Shown piece after piece: positions 17,105 through 32,942 of a DNA stretch of 64,000 nucleotides. The stretch lies in NCBI RefSeq assembly GCF_009914755.1, contig NC_060927.1. The stretch is one strand, 5' to 3'. Within the stretch, counting starts at the first letter, position 1, and every line of letters begins with the position of its first letter. Both the position numbers and the translations under genes were made by a program. The notes below the pieces were generated by a model. It searched no databases. It saw only the letters and a list, made by a program, of their open reading frames with translations, and was not told the origin of the DNA. Origin of the DNA: the human T2T-CHM13v2.0 reference genome, Homo sapiens.

Positions 17105-19498
17105 TTAGAGATGGTGCCCGCTGACTGTGTCTGTGTTGTAAGGAAACTTGCACCTAAATTGGCTCTTGCCTCAGCAGCCCCACCTTAGCTGTGCAGCTTA
17201 CTCGGCACTGAGGACCATTCAAAGGCAAGACGGCTAGAAGCAGCAGCCTGTTGACTCTCAGGCCTAGATATTATCGTGCAGTTTCAGGTTATTACCAAGA
17301 AACCCGACCAGCAGAGGGAGGCTGGCGAGTGTGCAAGCATCAGGTGTCCCTGGCTTGCTGGTGGGCACCTTTTTCTGAGCACCAGGTTGTTAGAGATTTT
17401 AGGGTTAAGACACACCTGCAGATCTGTGCCTCCAGGACTCTGTTGGGACAACCAAGCCTCATGCTGTTGCTTCCCATTTCTGGAGCCTGGCAAGCCCTAC
17501 CTATCAGATTTATGAAACACGCACTCCGATATGAAGAGAAAAAGTGCTTTCCCCATGGTGCGTGTTAGTGTCAATATAAAGAGGAAGGCACTGGGCCTGT
17601 CTTGATTTGTCCTCACAGATTAGGGTTTTTGTTAGAGAGGGTTTAGTTGCTCTAGATGCCCCAATAGAAGAAAGACCTCTGTGTCATTTCATTCCATCAT
17701 AAAAAAAGGACACAAGGGCAGTGTTTGGAAAAAAACAGCATTAGGTGACAAACTAGGCCAGGAGCTAGTCTAGGATTCGCATTGACAAGGGATTAATTTA
17801 CATGGGGGTTTCATGTCTTATTTTTAATTATAACTGCTTCTCCATAAGTTTATTTCCCTGCTGCCTTACCCAAAAATGTTACCGTTCTGCTTAAATAGAT
17901 GTACATATGTGTATGAGTATTGCTTTTTAGATTCTGCAGTGTTTTGTATGTTTTTTAACCTTAGCCGAATTCTTAGTTTAAAAAAGAGAGCGAGAGAATG
18001 CAAGCAGAGTGAGGGAAAAAAACAGCTTAAATTTCAACTTCAGCCCTGGCGCCAGGTTGCCTTGTAGACTTGTGGGCTGCAGTGTCTTTCTGGGCTACTA
18101 GATGCTTTCCATGTTAATATTCCCACTGTGACCTAGGAAGGAGTAAGGAAAAGTTGGCTGAGGCCTGGCAGTGCACGGGAAGACACCTTCCATAGCCTGG
18201 CCAAGAAACTCCATTACACAGAAGTGGTCCCACAGAATTCATAAGTCCAAAACCAGAAACAGTTTGGAAAATGAATACCCTCTGAAGAGAGAGACTGGGC
18301 TTGAAACAGAGGTCCTCGCATTATTGTGACACAGCCCCCAGGCGACTCCTCTACCTCCAACAGCTCACCCCTGTGACTCTTCGCTGGCATACGCCAGGCC
18401 TACTCCTTGCTCTGCAGTGCCTGTGACTAGCTGCGTGGCCTATGCGTGTGTCCACTCCCTGCTCCCAGCAGCCACATCTGTTAAAGGATTAGGCCTGGGT
18501 GGTCTCCACAGTCCCTTCTAGCTCTGGTCTCTTCAGTTCTTTCAAAACCATAGATCATAGTTGTCATGAAGATCAGTGGCCAAGACCAACTCGCCTTTGC
18601 AGATAAGGGTGCTACGGTCAGAAGCTCCCGGTGAGCAGCTTTCCTGGTGGTCAGACTTCTTGCTGCTGGCCCACTTGCCTCCACGGCTCCGAGGAGAAGC
18701 AGGGACCCCAGAAAGGGCTAGCAGGACTCTGCTGATGGGATAATAGATGGTATTGTCACCAATGAGGATAGAGTTGCCTGGACTGAAAATTCAAAGACCA
18801 GGTCAGTCTGTTATTTGAGTGGGCCCAGCAAGGTTTTTTAAAAAAAACCCTGAGTTTAGAGAGAGCAGTGTGAGATGCAGAACAACGGGCAGGAGTGCTG
18901 GAGACCACCAATGCAGGAGTCTGTAAAACCATCCCTTGCAGACTTAGCCAGCCCAGCGCATGAGCAGGGAAGGGTGCTGACGCCCTGATTACACAGGCTG
19001 GAATGCGAGGGGGCATATGGAAGCTACTGGCTCCGACAGATGCCGCTGCCATCTTCATTTATGCTTCTCCACCAATCTGATGCTCAGATGGAGGGCAACA
19101 TACTTCATTCAGCCAGAAACGCGGTTAAAAATCGAAAATGTGTATAAGCCTCTAATTTATTTGGTGCCACAAGTCGTTTGTAGATGTAGCACTCTCTGAT
19201 GAGAAAAGCTTGTTAACAAAGCACTCTTAGAAATGAGCCTCTCTGCCTGTCCAAGACACAAGACTGGGAAGCAAGTCGGTGAGTGGTTAAAGGAGGTCAG
19301 GATTCTCAAACGCTCTTTGGGAATGATGTAATTGACCAAAGTGGGCATTCACCCGTGGCTCTGCACTTACCTTCAGAATGGCAGGGTTTTCCTGGAGGGA
19401 TGGGTCTCTGACTGGATCGGGGGTTTCTGCCTGTAAGCATGCAGATGTCAGAGTTTGTCTGAATTCCTTTTCTCACTCCCACATGTTGTGCCTTGCAG

Positions 19499-19558
19499 AT
19501 ACTGGGTTACTTTGACTATGCCTTCACAGCCATCTTTACTGTTGAGATCCTGTTGAAG
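19499..19558 (+). CDS. CACNA1D: Exon ~22: IIIS2, common form (ILGYFDYAFTAIFTVEILLK)
   Basis: ccttgcag|ATACTG ... TTGAAG|gtaatg; 60 nt, phase 0-0. Confidence 0.96.
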
Positions 19559-19637
19559 GTAATGAATTTTCCTTGATCTTCACATACTCCACAGCAGCTG
19601 GAGCAATAATAGTTGCACTTCTTTGTTTGCCTTCCAG

Positions 19638-19697
19638 ATGCTAGGTTACGCAGACTATGTCTTCACTGGTACTTTTGCATTTGAGATCATTTTAAAG
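19638..19697 (+). CDS. CACNA1D: Alternative IIIS2 exon (22a-type; MLGYADYVFTGTFAFEIILK), predicted mutually exclusive with 19499-19558
   Basis: ccttccag|ATGCTA ... TTAAAG|gtaaca; same 60-nt length and phase, homologous helix, 79-nt intervening intron. Confidence 0.85.
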
Positions 19698-22229
19698 GTA
19701 ACAGGTTACCCGGCAGTGTGTTTAAGGGCTGCTCCTGCGTGTGACACACAGGAAAGAAGCGTGGAGTGCTTTTGATTTTTTATGGGTTTTTTTTTTGTCT
19801 TTCGTGGTTGAGCTAAGTTTTTTTTTTTTGTTTTTTAAACCGAAGGATTTTTTTTTCCTGTGACCATTCCAACTTGTTTTTGCTCTTTTTAACCTTTGAA
19901 TGCATGTAGGAGCCACTCTGGCTTCATGATAGTGGTTGAGAATTACATTTTGCTCATTTAAAAAAAATACCCTCTGTAATTTGTCAACTGATAACACATA
20001 TATCTCTATGTGTGAACTTTTTTCCACCCTTTCTGACATCAAAGTCAGAGGAAAAGCATTTATCCTATGAAGAGGATGTCTCTCTTTTTGTTTCTCTGAC
20101 TGCATTATGCTTTTGGGGACCTAAAATAGTAACACACTATTTTCTTGCAATAGGATTTGCAAGATGACTTGGGTCTATTTGTGTTAAGGTATTTTCTGTC
20201 TGTTTTAATGGATGGGCTTACATTTACACAAAAGGAGCGCCCTTTGGCCGGGGTGACCTAAATGTACTGCCCATGCATGAGCTAATGGCTGCCATTGCTG
20301 CTTGTGGTTTGTGGACTGACTGTGAAGTCTGCCCCATGGGGAGCCCATTCCTTATGTGCTTAGAGTGCTGGAGACCACAGCAGAGCTCCAAGAACCTATC
20401 CAAAACTGGCCAAGAACCACAGGGCGTGGGTCATTGTGGTTCTGGGAGAACGTGGCCCATCAGAACTGTCAGGGCAACCATCTCCTAGCAGGAAGACAAG
20501 CTGGGAAATGAAGACTTTTAACCATGGTTTTCTTTAAGCCATTGGGGAATTTTTGTGTGTGCAATTCAGGCAAAATGTATTTTGCATCGGACTACTGTGG
20601 AACTTGGGCTCTTTACAAAATCTTATATAAAATGAAACCTCAATTAATATGGTCAGGGAATGAGGTGGTTAGTTTTTTGAGGTTGGTTTTTTTATTTTTT
20701 TATTTTTTGGTTCATGAAACAGCATAAAGCCAACCAACAACTGTTTACCCCTTTCTTAAAAGTCTTCTAAAAATGTGAGTTCATTTTCCTGCCTTTAAGC
20801 CGATGAATTTGGTTGACACTTCTCCTAAGTCAGAGGTGTGCAGTGGGATGGTGACCAGCTCTTGTTGATGAGGCCTCTGTGGGAGGGCCTGTGGATGCAG
20901 AATGCACAGTGGTGGGGGTCGGAGGGATGCTGCCAGAACACTCACCGGCTCAGCTTCTGCCTCAGCTTCTTGGTTTTAGAATTTGACTTCTTTTCAAAGT
21001 GAATGGGGAGCTGTTCTACTTAGTCTGTTAGCCTGGTTAATTGAGGTTTTATTTTACTCTCCACATTTTTTAGTTGTTAAATGAATATAGTTACCCTTGG
21101 GCTTTGGGGAAAATTAGACACAGGATTATTTAAAAGGAAAAAAATGATTGTTACTTTTTAATTTCTGTAGAATTGCTTCACCGACTTAAATCTTCTGAGT
21201 CATTCTTCATTTTGAAGGTATTTTAGAGAATGGAAAATAAGCTAAAACAAGAAGGATTCAGAAAATGGAGACTCACCAAGAAGTGTCTAATATCTGAGAC
21301 GATGGTTCCTGGTGGCCTTGGGGACATTTGGAAGGCTGTTTGGTTATTTGCTTAAGCCCTATGAAATTGCCATTTTTGTAGGTCAAAAAGGGTTGAACAC
21401 TGGCGATTTCATAAGGTTCAATGTAATATTTCCCACCTCTACCTCTCTTATACTGTACTTACCTGAGCCTTCTCCAACCTTTTTTGTTTTAAAATAAATA
21501 GTGAGCTGTATATATTTTGCTATTTTTACTTTGGGGAACTAAACTCTTTTTCCATCACCAATAGAAATCTCACTGAAGCACCCATAATAGGTGCTCCAGG
21601 TACATGTGGCAGGTGAGCACAGAGCCGTTGAGACTGGCTCAGGTGAGATGCCACCTGGCTTCCTAGCCATGCCTGGCACGTGTCATCAGACTTGGAGGAA
21701 TTGCTTAAGATGGATGCGTCATTAAAGACCATTAGGAACAATAAGGGGCCTCTGTGGAAAAGTGACGTAGGTCCATAGAGCCTGGGAGCCCTGAATTCAA
21801 GCCCCCACTGGAAAGGCTTAATTGAAACAAGGTAGGCTCTACCAGGGCCTCAGAGGGGCCAGAACCAGCGCTTTGTGGGGAAGTGGGCTCTCCGGACAGC
21901 ACTTACCTTTTGACGAATGTAGTCCTGTGGAGCCTCTCTTAGACAGGCTCTTTGGACATGCCAACAGTGTATTCATACTTGAAACCTGTGATCACTGTAA
22001 TAAAGCCTAAATTGGTTTCTTCTTTTAAAATGTATCCAAAATAAGCTGGCCCTTTTTGATTTTGGTTTGAAGAAATTATCCTGTGGCTCAACCCCGTTGG
22101 TTTACATTTCTGACTTCTTAATGCACACTTGTTAATGAAGTTATACTTTCCTCAAGATTTTGCAAAGAGCCCAGGTTTCTTTTCCTCTGGAGACAAAAAA
22201 TGGTAAATCATCCATGATTCTGCTTCTAG

Positions 22230-22337
<108 letters not shown>

Positions 22338-23958
22338 TAAGTATTCTGGGGTGTGTGCCCAGAATTGTTGGGCTGAATGGTTTATGTAAGGGATTTTAAC
22401 ATAATTGATAAAGGCTGGGCATCATTTTCATGATTATATTTAGTTATATAGGTTTATTTAATTTGCTCCCATTCCAGAAAGATTTAAACAATTCATGTTT
22501 TCTTGTGTGTGTGTGTTTTTTTCTTTTTGTGCCTGCTGCTAAGTTGAGCTTATTACTGTCTGTGAAATTTGCTTTCAACTGAGGTGAAAGAAGTGTTGAC
22601 TAGGAGGGAGGGAATCTAGGTTCTAGTCCTGGTTCCTCCAAAGGCTGATTCCAGGGCCTTGAGGGCATCCTCTCTCAGGAACCCTGTGCCCCTTTTATAT
22701 AGGAGGGGCTGGGGCCAGGTGGCCTTTCAGTTTTTCCAGCTTAGATATTGAGAACTTCCTTTGATTTTCAGGATATAGAACCTGCTAGGACTTTTTCTTT
22801 GGCCTCAAAATTTTTCAGCTAGGAGGGAGCCAAGGCTGAAAGTCAGGGCCCCAGGTCTTTTCCATGGCATTTAGCGATTTCTGGTGGGAACAGCCATTGC
22901 TGAGTACTGCTTACCATCCCCAGGGGTGTGGGGCAGAGGCTCCAGTAGAGCATCAGGTGTGGCCTTGCTTTCTTGCTGGCCTGTGAGCACTTCTGTTCAG
23001 GTGCTGAGCATAGAATCTCCCCTGTATGAGCACACATGCACACACCTGCCCTCTAAGCTAAAGAGAAGTGGAAAGGACCTGCCCTCCTAGGAAGACCAAA
23101 AACCTCTGCTTGGAACAGCCCTTTGTGTTATCCTTCTCGCCTGCCACTGAGGGAACCCTGTGATCATAGCTTGGAAGGCCATTTGCATTAACATCTTTGC
23201 AGCTCCTATTAACTCCCAGGCTGTTCATGTCCAAGCTGCAGCCTTGCCCACTTCCTCCTGAGCATGTGTTCTGGCCACACTCAGCCACCTAGGGTAAAGC
23301 AGAAAGCTGCATTCTCTTGTGTCGCATCTTTGTACATGCTGCTCCCTCACACTGGAGCCCCCCTCCCTATTGTCCTCGCTAACCCCTACTCCTCCTTTGG
23401 GACTCACCTGGCTATCACCACCCCCACCCCAGAGTCCTTCCCAGGCTCCCCCTGCCCCACCCCCACAGGTTGTGCTCCCCTGGCTGAGCACACCACATTT
23501 ACCCCCGTCATGTGCCACACTGGGTTGGGATTGCCCATCTCTCCACCAGACTGTGAGCTCCTTGAAGGCCAGAGAAGCCCTGGTACCAAAGTGCTACAGC
23601 AGACCTCCAACCTTAAACAAAAACAAATGATATATGAAGCCTAAAAGCCAGCTACTACCTAGTATTTACAGTGAGTGGAAAGAACAAAGAGAGTTCGTGA
23701 GTTGTGTCTCTGCCAAGGTTAGCTGTGCACCTGTCAGCCTCTGTGAGTGCCATGGGCTGGGCTTGGGAGGTGCTGCCTCGTGTGGGCGGGGAGGAGAAGT
23801 CGCCTCTGAGTGGTGAAGAGAGATCAGCTCAGCACCACATGGATCCCACGCTAACTGTGCAGGGATACTAAAGTGAAGATCCAGTGAAAGGGTGAATCTC
23901 AAAGCATCCTGTCCATTTATAACACGCTCTGCCTGCCGTCTTTCTGCTCCTTCCCTAG

Positions 23959-24046
23959 ATCCAGTGCCATCTCCGTTGTGAAGATTCTGAGGGTCTTAAG
24001 GGTCCTGCGTCCCCTCAGGGCCATCAACAGAGCAAAAGGACTTAAG
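23959..24046 (+). CDS. CACNA1D: Exon ~24: IIIS4 ([29 protein letters not shown])
   Basis: tccctag|ATCCAG ... CTTAAG|gttttg; 88 nt. Confidence 0.96.
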
Positions 24047-24393
24047 GTTTTGATTCCTCTCCTCCCGGCTGGGCTGGCTTGGGTTGGGGTTGGCTGTAAT
24101 TACTGGCTCTTCTGGGCAGAGCTGAGCTGAGGCCTGATGGATTTTTAAAGTGAGTTATAAGGACCTTTCTAACCAATTCAGCCACCTGTGCCAAGTGCTA
24201 ATGGCATTTTAAAAATTATTATTTATTGTCTTTATTTTTGGTAATTGAAGATATTTTTCTTTGTAATTATTGTTCATTTATTACCTTTTTATTAGTAGTT
24301 CTTTGTGTTTATTTTAGTCTTTTATTTAGTTTATTTAGTCTTTCAGTTTTCATGTAGACTGTATAAAAGGCTACTGGGTTTCTGTTTTCCTGA

Positions 24394-25094
<701 letters not shown>

Positions 25095-26422
25095 GTGAGC
25101 GTCCTGAGAGTGGAGTAGGGGACTTAGAAGAGCAAATAGCAGACTTCAAGGATTCACACATGTTGGCACGTCAGAAGTTTTGGTCGTGAAATAAAATAGG
25201 CCTGTGTGCTCAGCTTGTGGGTAGATAGATGGTGTTTGTTTTTCATTGAGGTGAAATTCACGTAACATCAACCGTTTTCAGTATACAGTTCCTTAGCATA
25301 TAGTATCCATGGCATTGTTGTGCAACCAACATCTCTATCTAGTTGCAAACTTTTTGTCATCCCAAAAGAATGGCTAGATGGCTTTTGTGGTGGAGAATCT
25401 ATAAATGACGGGAGTTGGGGGAACCCTGAAATAACAATTATGAAATGCCCCAAATAGCTTCCATGACAGCCATGTGGATGATTTCCCCAAATCAGAATTT
25501 GGAACTCAACTCCCTGGTGTTTGGGAACTGGCTCCCTCTTCTTATACACTTTCTAGACTTCCTCTCTCCTGGCTCCTATTACCTACATCTTGGCCATATT
25601 TCCATAGACAAGAACTGGCAGAGGAGAGACAAGGTGGGAGATATTCATGCCTCCCATTCCAGGATGTCCAGTGACCATGAAGGCAGTCATGGAAGCCATT
25701 GCCTAAAGTTTCAGACTGTGCAGAGGCCTGTGTCTCCCCACCCGCGAGAGACATAACTGACTGGGCTCTGGCTGACTGTGCCTGTACATTGGTTTGGGGT
25801 TTATTTTAAGCAGAAGGTGCAGTCAGAGAGCACCAATTGCAATTTGGCTGTGTCTCTGCACCTCCAGAGGCACCGTTCACACACCGTTCATGGCGTCCCT
25901 GGAGGTGAGCAGCCTGGCATTGGCGTGAGGACACTGTTTCTTCCCTCTTGAAGCCTCTGTGTCTTCATTTGTAAAATAAAGATATTGCGCTTTATCTCTT
26001 GGGTTCCTTCCAGAAATGAAGTTCTGGGAGAAATAATTTGCCAGAAATAATGCAATTCTTTCGGAAAGAAAATTGGGAATGTCATTAGTAAGAAGAGAAA
26101 GGGATTTGATTAAAACTAAAATGCAGGAAGAGTATACGTGGGTTTGTTTCCTAGAGCCTACAGAGTTCTCTATGGCTGAGCTTTGATCCTTCAGAGCGCG
26201 CCTCAAGCCCATTGTGTAAGAGATGCACTCACCATGCTGTGGTTTTTATCGGCCAACGACATATGCCCGGTGTCTGGGTGGCTGCTCTGGAGAATACACG
26301 TTGCACTGGTAGTTATTCAATGGTTATTTGAGCCGCGAAGTAGATTAAATGGAGGGCGAGGAGAGGAGAAACGGCGCCGGTGTTATGCTCAGCTGTGTGA
26401 CAGGCGGGCGGACTGAGTGTGA

Positions 26423-26668
<246 letters not shown>

Positions 26669-27000
26669 TAAGTACAGGGAGCACACAGTCTTCTGGAGAG
26701 GCACCTGCGTGCCCAGGGCTGAGCCCTCCCTCCTGGAGTCAGTCCCATTTCTGTTCTCCAGTGTCGCAGGATTGCCCTGTGGCTTTTTAACCTTGGGCCA
26801 CTTCTCAGTCACTTCTTGACCCACAGGGCCTCTTTCTGTGTAGGTGGATGATTTGTGAAGCAGGGTTGGTAGAGGTGCCTGGCAGCATCTCTGGGTGGAA
26901 GCAGGGAGGCCTGAGATGCCTCAGTCCCGTGAACTCCCATTGGATGTCAGGAAAGCTGCCATCCGCTGCTCCCAAAGAGGGTCTGAATGGTGTCCCAAAC

Positions 27001-27032
27001 CATTCATTCATTCATTCATTCATTCATTCATT
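27001..27032. repeat. (CATT)n tetranucleotide repeat, probably an L2 3' tail
   Basis: cattcattcatt... followed by tttactgagcacct, typical of an antisense L2 end. Confidence 0.8.
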
Positions 27033-28327
27033 CTAATATATTCCCAGTTGCGGACAGTTGCTGTTATGCCATCTCTTTTACTGAGCACCTGCTCGCTCAT
27101 TTACAGACCATGCTGTGCAGAGGCTTGTGTCTCCCCACCCGTTAGAAATGTCTAACTGGGCTCTGGCTGACTGCGTGCTTAGATACCAGCTCTGTGCAAC
27201 ATGGCATGTTAGGCACTGTGGAGGAAACAGTGTCTAAACATGCTTCCTCTCCTCAAGCCCAAATCAAATCAGTGTCAAGTGGTCAAACCAGGCAGGTGGT
27301 CTGGTGTGTCCTAGATGTGCAGAACAGAGTCCTGAAGAATGGCTAAGATGTTGATGGGTAAAGTAAGAAGAGCAGGTAAGGAGAAGTTAGAATTTGAAAG
27401 GGAGAATCCTCTGTGCTTTCGTGTTGCTCTTTGCTTCTGGAGCTCCCACCCCCAGCTCCTGCCATCAGTGTGCAAACACACCTAGAGTCCTGGATACCCG
27501 GTCCCCATGCATAGATGAGCTGCAGGAGGTGGGCAGGCTGGGGCTCGCAGGCCAGCAGAGTTCTTGGGGTGTGTGTAAGAGTCAGATATTTTCAGGAGCT
27601 CCTGTAGGATAAAGAGACAGTCAGGTGGGGCTTGTTCATTAGGGATTTAATCCTGGGAGAACAGAGGCATGGAGTAAGGCCCTTCACTGTGTGCAGGCAC
27701 AGGCTATAGTGTCAGGCTTTGAACACTGTACTTGAGCAAATCATGGTGGCAGCTGAGGAGAAAGGAGCAAACCTGGGACTCGGGGCTTGGAGGAACTGGC
27801 TCAACTCCTGGCTCTGCCCCCAAGGAGTGTGACTGTGGCACTTTGATACCTCCCTGAATATTCCTATGATGGGGATGATAGTAATGTCTGCCTTCCCAGA
27901 TGGATGTGAGGATTAAGGGAGAGGCTGTGAAAGTGTCTCGGGAAGCCTATGCATGGGCTGGGTGCCCCAGAAGTGTTGAATCTGCATCAGAATGGGGATC
28001 AATGGACCCCAAGGGTGTTACAGTAATCCCCCTCTTCCTGTTAAGAGTTCCGCTAGGCATAGCTTTAATTTTAGTGCATATCTCTGTTTGGGGAAGCACC
28101 CTTAGTTCTTTGGAACTACTCTGGTTGGTCACTTACTGTCTTGCCAGTGTGCATAGTTTTCACTTCCTCCAGTGTCTTACACGTGATATTCTTCCTCTCT
28201 GAATAGAAAGGAGTGTTTTAGGATATTTGTGAAATCTTTTGATTTTCAGTTCCTCAGAACAGTCCCTCGATGATGATATCCTGGGTGCCCCCTCCTCTTA
28301 GTGCTGGCTGTTTGGGCCTGAGGCTGA

Positions 28328-28885
<558 letters not shown>

Positions 28886-29057
28886 TAATTATGAAATCCA
28901 TCGCCAGACCTGGTGGTATGAAATCAGAGAGTGCTTACGCCACCTGCCATGGTCATGACCCACTAGTGATGGCTCAGAATCTTAGTTGGGGTGCTGTGGC
29001 CACTCACACAGACATTCACAGTCCCTACTGGGAGATGGTCTTTAAAGCCACTTAGGG

Positions 29058-29267
29058 CAGTTTCTTACCCTTGGTGCTATTAGCATTTCAGTCTGGGATG
29101 ATTCTTGGTTGTGTTTCCTGGGCTTTTTAGGCTGTTTAGCAGCATCCGTGGCTTCCAGCTGTTAGATGCCAATGGTTCGTCTTCCCCTGGTAGCAGTAAC
29201 CAAAATGTCTCCAGACATTGCCAAGTGTCCTTTGGGGGGCAAAGCTGCCCCTTGTTGAGAACTGCTG
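29058..29267 (-). mobile_element. MER20 (hAT-Charlie) DNA transposon
   Basis: aaccaaaatgtctccagacattgccaagtgtcc...gttgagaactgctg is the reverse complement of the MER20 5' consensus. Confidence 0.85.
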
Positions 29268-30151
29268 ACCGAGGGGGGAATACCCTGCATCACCCCAGGG
29301 AAGTCAGTAACTTTGAATTTGGGACTAAGATTGTATTGGCATCATTCTTGATCTGACACCGTGTTTTAGCCAGTCTGGTAGAAGTAGGAGCCTTTTGCTC
29401 GGGTGACGTGGTGAGGAGAGGGAGCCCTGTGCTCTGGGCTATCTTCCTACACCTGCACTGTGACCCTAGGTGCCCTCTGATCCCTGCTGGGGCTTGATCC
29501 CTCATCTCTAAATCGAGGGCATTAAGGAGCTGCTCTTTAGAGATTCCTTGCAGCCCTGAAAGAGTCTACAAGATCGAGATTCTTTTCTGGGAGTTTCCCC
29601 GGGTCCTCTATCAGTAGCATCTCTGTTTTGATGACGACGTCGCAAGCAAGAATGATCTGGTAGCCTAGGCTTCCTCAGAGGAAGTGGCCCGGGCACGGCA
29701 AGCCAACCATAGCTGGCTGTACCCACTGGGAAATGTGAGAACATGCCGGTTTGTGTTTGCAGGAAGATTTTCCTTTGAGTTGTCAGGGTGTCCCTGTAGA
29801 CTCCACCAGTGATTGTCAGGGAGAGGTCTGGCCCAGCAATTTGCTCACCCAAGGAAGAGGAGTGTCAGAGCAAGGCCAGGCCAGCCACGCAGAGCCAGCG
29901 CTGAAAGTGTGTCAGCCTCTGAGGTCCAGCACAGGCTTGAATTGGGGGTCCCTGGAGTGAGCATGTGAGGTCAGAGCAGCGCCGGGTCCCAGACACTGGG
30001 AACCTGTCCGAAGCCTGCACCCAGAGTCAAAGCAGGAGAGCGGGGGTAGGTCTAGGCTCTCAATGCTGAGCTGAGGGCTCTTGGGGCTAGAGGTTCCCTC
30101 TGGGCCTGCTGCAGAGGGTGGACCAGCCCCACTACCCAGAGTAAGTGAGAA

Positions 30152-30296
30152 AGTGCTCCAGCTGGGTCCCAACCTGTGTTCAATCCAATTGTCACTACAG
30201 TGCTCCAGCTGGGCCCTAAACTGCGTCCAATCAATCCAGCTGTCGCTACAGTGCTCCAGCTGGGCCCCAACCTGTGTTCAATCCAGCTGTCACTAC
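30152..30296. repeat. Three-copy 47/51/47-bp minisatellite
   Basis: Unit agtgctccagctggg(t/c)ccc/taa...caatcca(g/a)(c/t)tgtc(a/g)ctac at 30152, 30199 and 30250. Confidence 0.92.
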
Positions 30297-30792
30297 TGAC
30301 CACATCCTAGGGATTCTGAAATGAACACAACAAGCTCCCCAGCCCAGAAGCTCCCCGATGGACATGTGGATAGCTCCCCATAAGATGTGTATTGTTAACA
30401 CACTCTGGCTCCTGAAGGGTATCTCATGTGGTTCCAACTGGGAGCATCCAGGAGGCTACTAGTCTTGGGGAATGAGCCAGCCCCTCTCGTTCTTGTGAGT
30501 TTCTGTGGTTACTTGGCCTCCTTTCCTGGAGGACAGCACAGGCAGGGGAACTATAGGTGTGATCCACCTATAGATCCCCCGTATGTGTGATAAAGAGGAA
30601 AGGCAGTGATAAGGCCTGGACCCAGTCCTCACTCCTGCTTGTGTATACACTGCAGGGCCTCAGGAAAGACAGCTAAAAGCTCTGAGCCTCAGTTTTTAGT
30701 AAGCAAAATGGAAGCCACATGGGTAGGTACCCAGCTTACCCGGAGCTTGCTGGGAGGGTCAGCGAAGGTAATGGAGGCAGGGCCCTCGGTGA

Positions 30793-31221
<429 letters not shown>

Positions 31222-31605
31222 TGATTTTTCTGATGAGTCTGGGCTATAGGTTGGCCAGAGTTCTGTTCTGGCTGACAGTTGTCACGGTAGGAGTTTAAGA
31301 TAGTTCTTTTGTTGAAGAAATTATCCGTACAGCATGATGGTAGGTAACATTTCCATGGAGCCTGGCATTGGTGCTCAATTCTGTAAACATTTACCATGGG
31401 CCTCCTGTGGCCAGCTAGTGGTTGAGAACTACAGCTCTGGAGATACACAGCTGTTTCAATCCTGATTTTACTCTGAATTTTTTGTGACTTGGGGAAAGTT
31501 GTTTAAATTCCCCGAGGCTTGATTTCTTTATCAGTAAAATGGGGAAATCTGTCACACCTACGTTAGAGATAAGGTTTATGCTGTAGATAATTCCCCTCAG
31601 ACACT

Positions 31606-31911
31606 TTGTTTTTTATTTTTTGCCTTTTGTTTTTGAGGCAGTCTCACTCTGTAGCCCAGGCTGGAGTGCAGTAGCGCGATCTCGGCTCACTGCAACCTCC
31701 GCCTCCTGGGTTCAAGTGATTCTCATGCCTCAGCATTCTGAGTAGCTACGATTACAGGCATATGCCACCATGCCCAGCTAATTTTGTATTTTTAGTAGAG
31801 ACAGGGTTTCACCACGTTGGCCAGGCTGGTCCCGAACTCGTGACCTCAGGTGATCCGTTGCCTCAGCCTCCCAAAGTGCTGGTATTACAGGCGTGAGCCA
31901 CCGCGCCCGGC
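31606..31911 (-). mobile_element. Alu (S-like), antisense
   Basis: Reverse-complement Alu ending gagccaccgcgcccggc; gacactttg on both sides. Confidence 0.94.
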
Positions 31912-32786
31912 ACCTTTGGACACTTTGATCTGGGCCTGTCACAGAGTAACACTCAATGTTGGAAAACAAAACATAAGTCACACTCCTGTCCTCAGGTGGC
32001 TCTCAGCATGGCAGTAGGGAATTTTCCAGTTGATGAAGTGTTGAGTTTGACCTGAGTTACAGCTACTTCTTATTCCAGTGGGGGCAAGAAATGCAATTGA
32101 GTTTAATTGGCCAAGTCAGATTATAGTATGGTATTAACAGCGAATGTTTTCAAAAGTTACATTGCCTAGTAGATACTCTACGAGGACAGGAAGCAAAGAC
32201 CAAGGTCTAGAGCCAGCTTTTGCACTGACTTTAAGAACTCCAGCACATCAAACCAGCTCTCAGTGCTGTCTGGACAGTAGGTCTAAAGATAGGGATAAAT
32301 TTTCTGGCATTTTTCTTAACCTAAGAGTTCTTTTTGAATGAAAAGGACTGTGTGCTGACGTAGAAGAAAGTGTAAAATCAAGAAAACACTGCCTTTTATT
32401 CAACATAAACTTACATGGCATAAAATTTATCCCTAACCAAATTCTACCTCTATTCATAGACATTTTGGTGGTATCTGCATTGTGCTCTGGTCAAGGCCCT
32501 CAACATAAAGCCCTGCCAGAAGAAAGGGTGAATTCCCTTTATCCTGAGCAGAGGAAATGGATATGTTTTCCCCCTTCATCATTCAATCATCCTCATCTTG
32601 TCACAGACCCTCCTGCACTTTGTGGGAGTTCACCACATGACCTTGCAATGCCGGTGGAATTGCCCAGCGAGGGTGCTGGGCTGTGGAGGATGCCCACAGG
32701 GGCACAGAGGGCTGGGAGCCTCCATGTGCAAGCATGTGAGATCGTGGCTGAGGCTCTGAGAACGGTCCCTCTGTCTTCATCCATAG

Positions 32787-32942
<156 letters not shown>

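Noticed and set aside
23828-23848. REST/RE1-like half site TCAGCACC (also antisense near 23000 and in the 52-kb repeat)
   Set aside because: The right half GGACAG is missing or wrongly spaced; half sites are common by chance
30152-30296. Repeat-spacer-like periodicity suggestive of CRISPR
   Set aside because: Eukaryotic intron; units are tandem copies with no unique spacers and there are no cas genes
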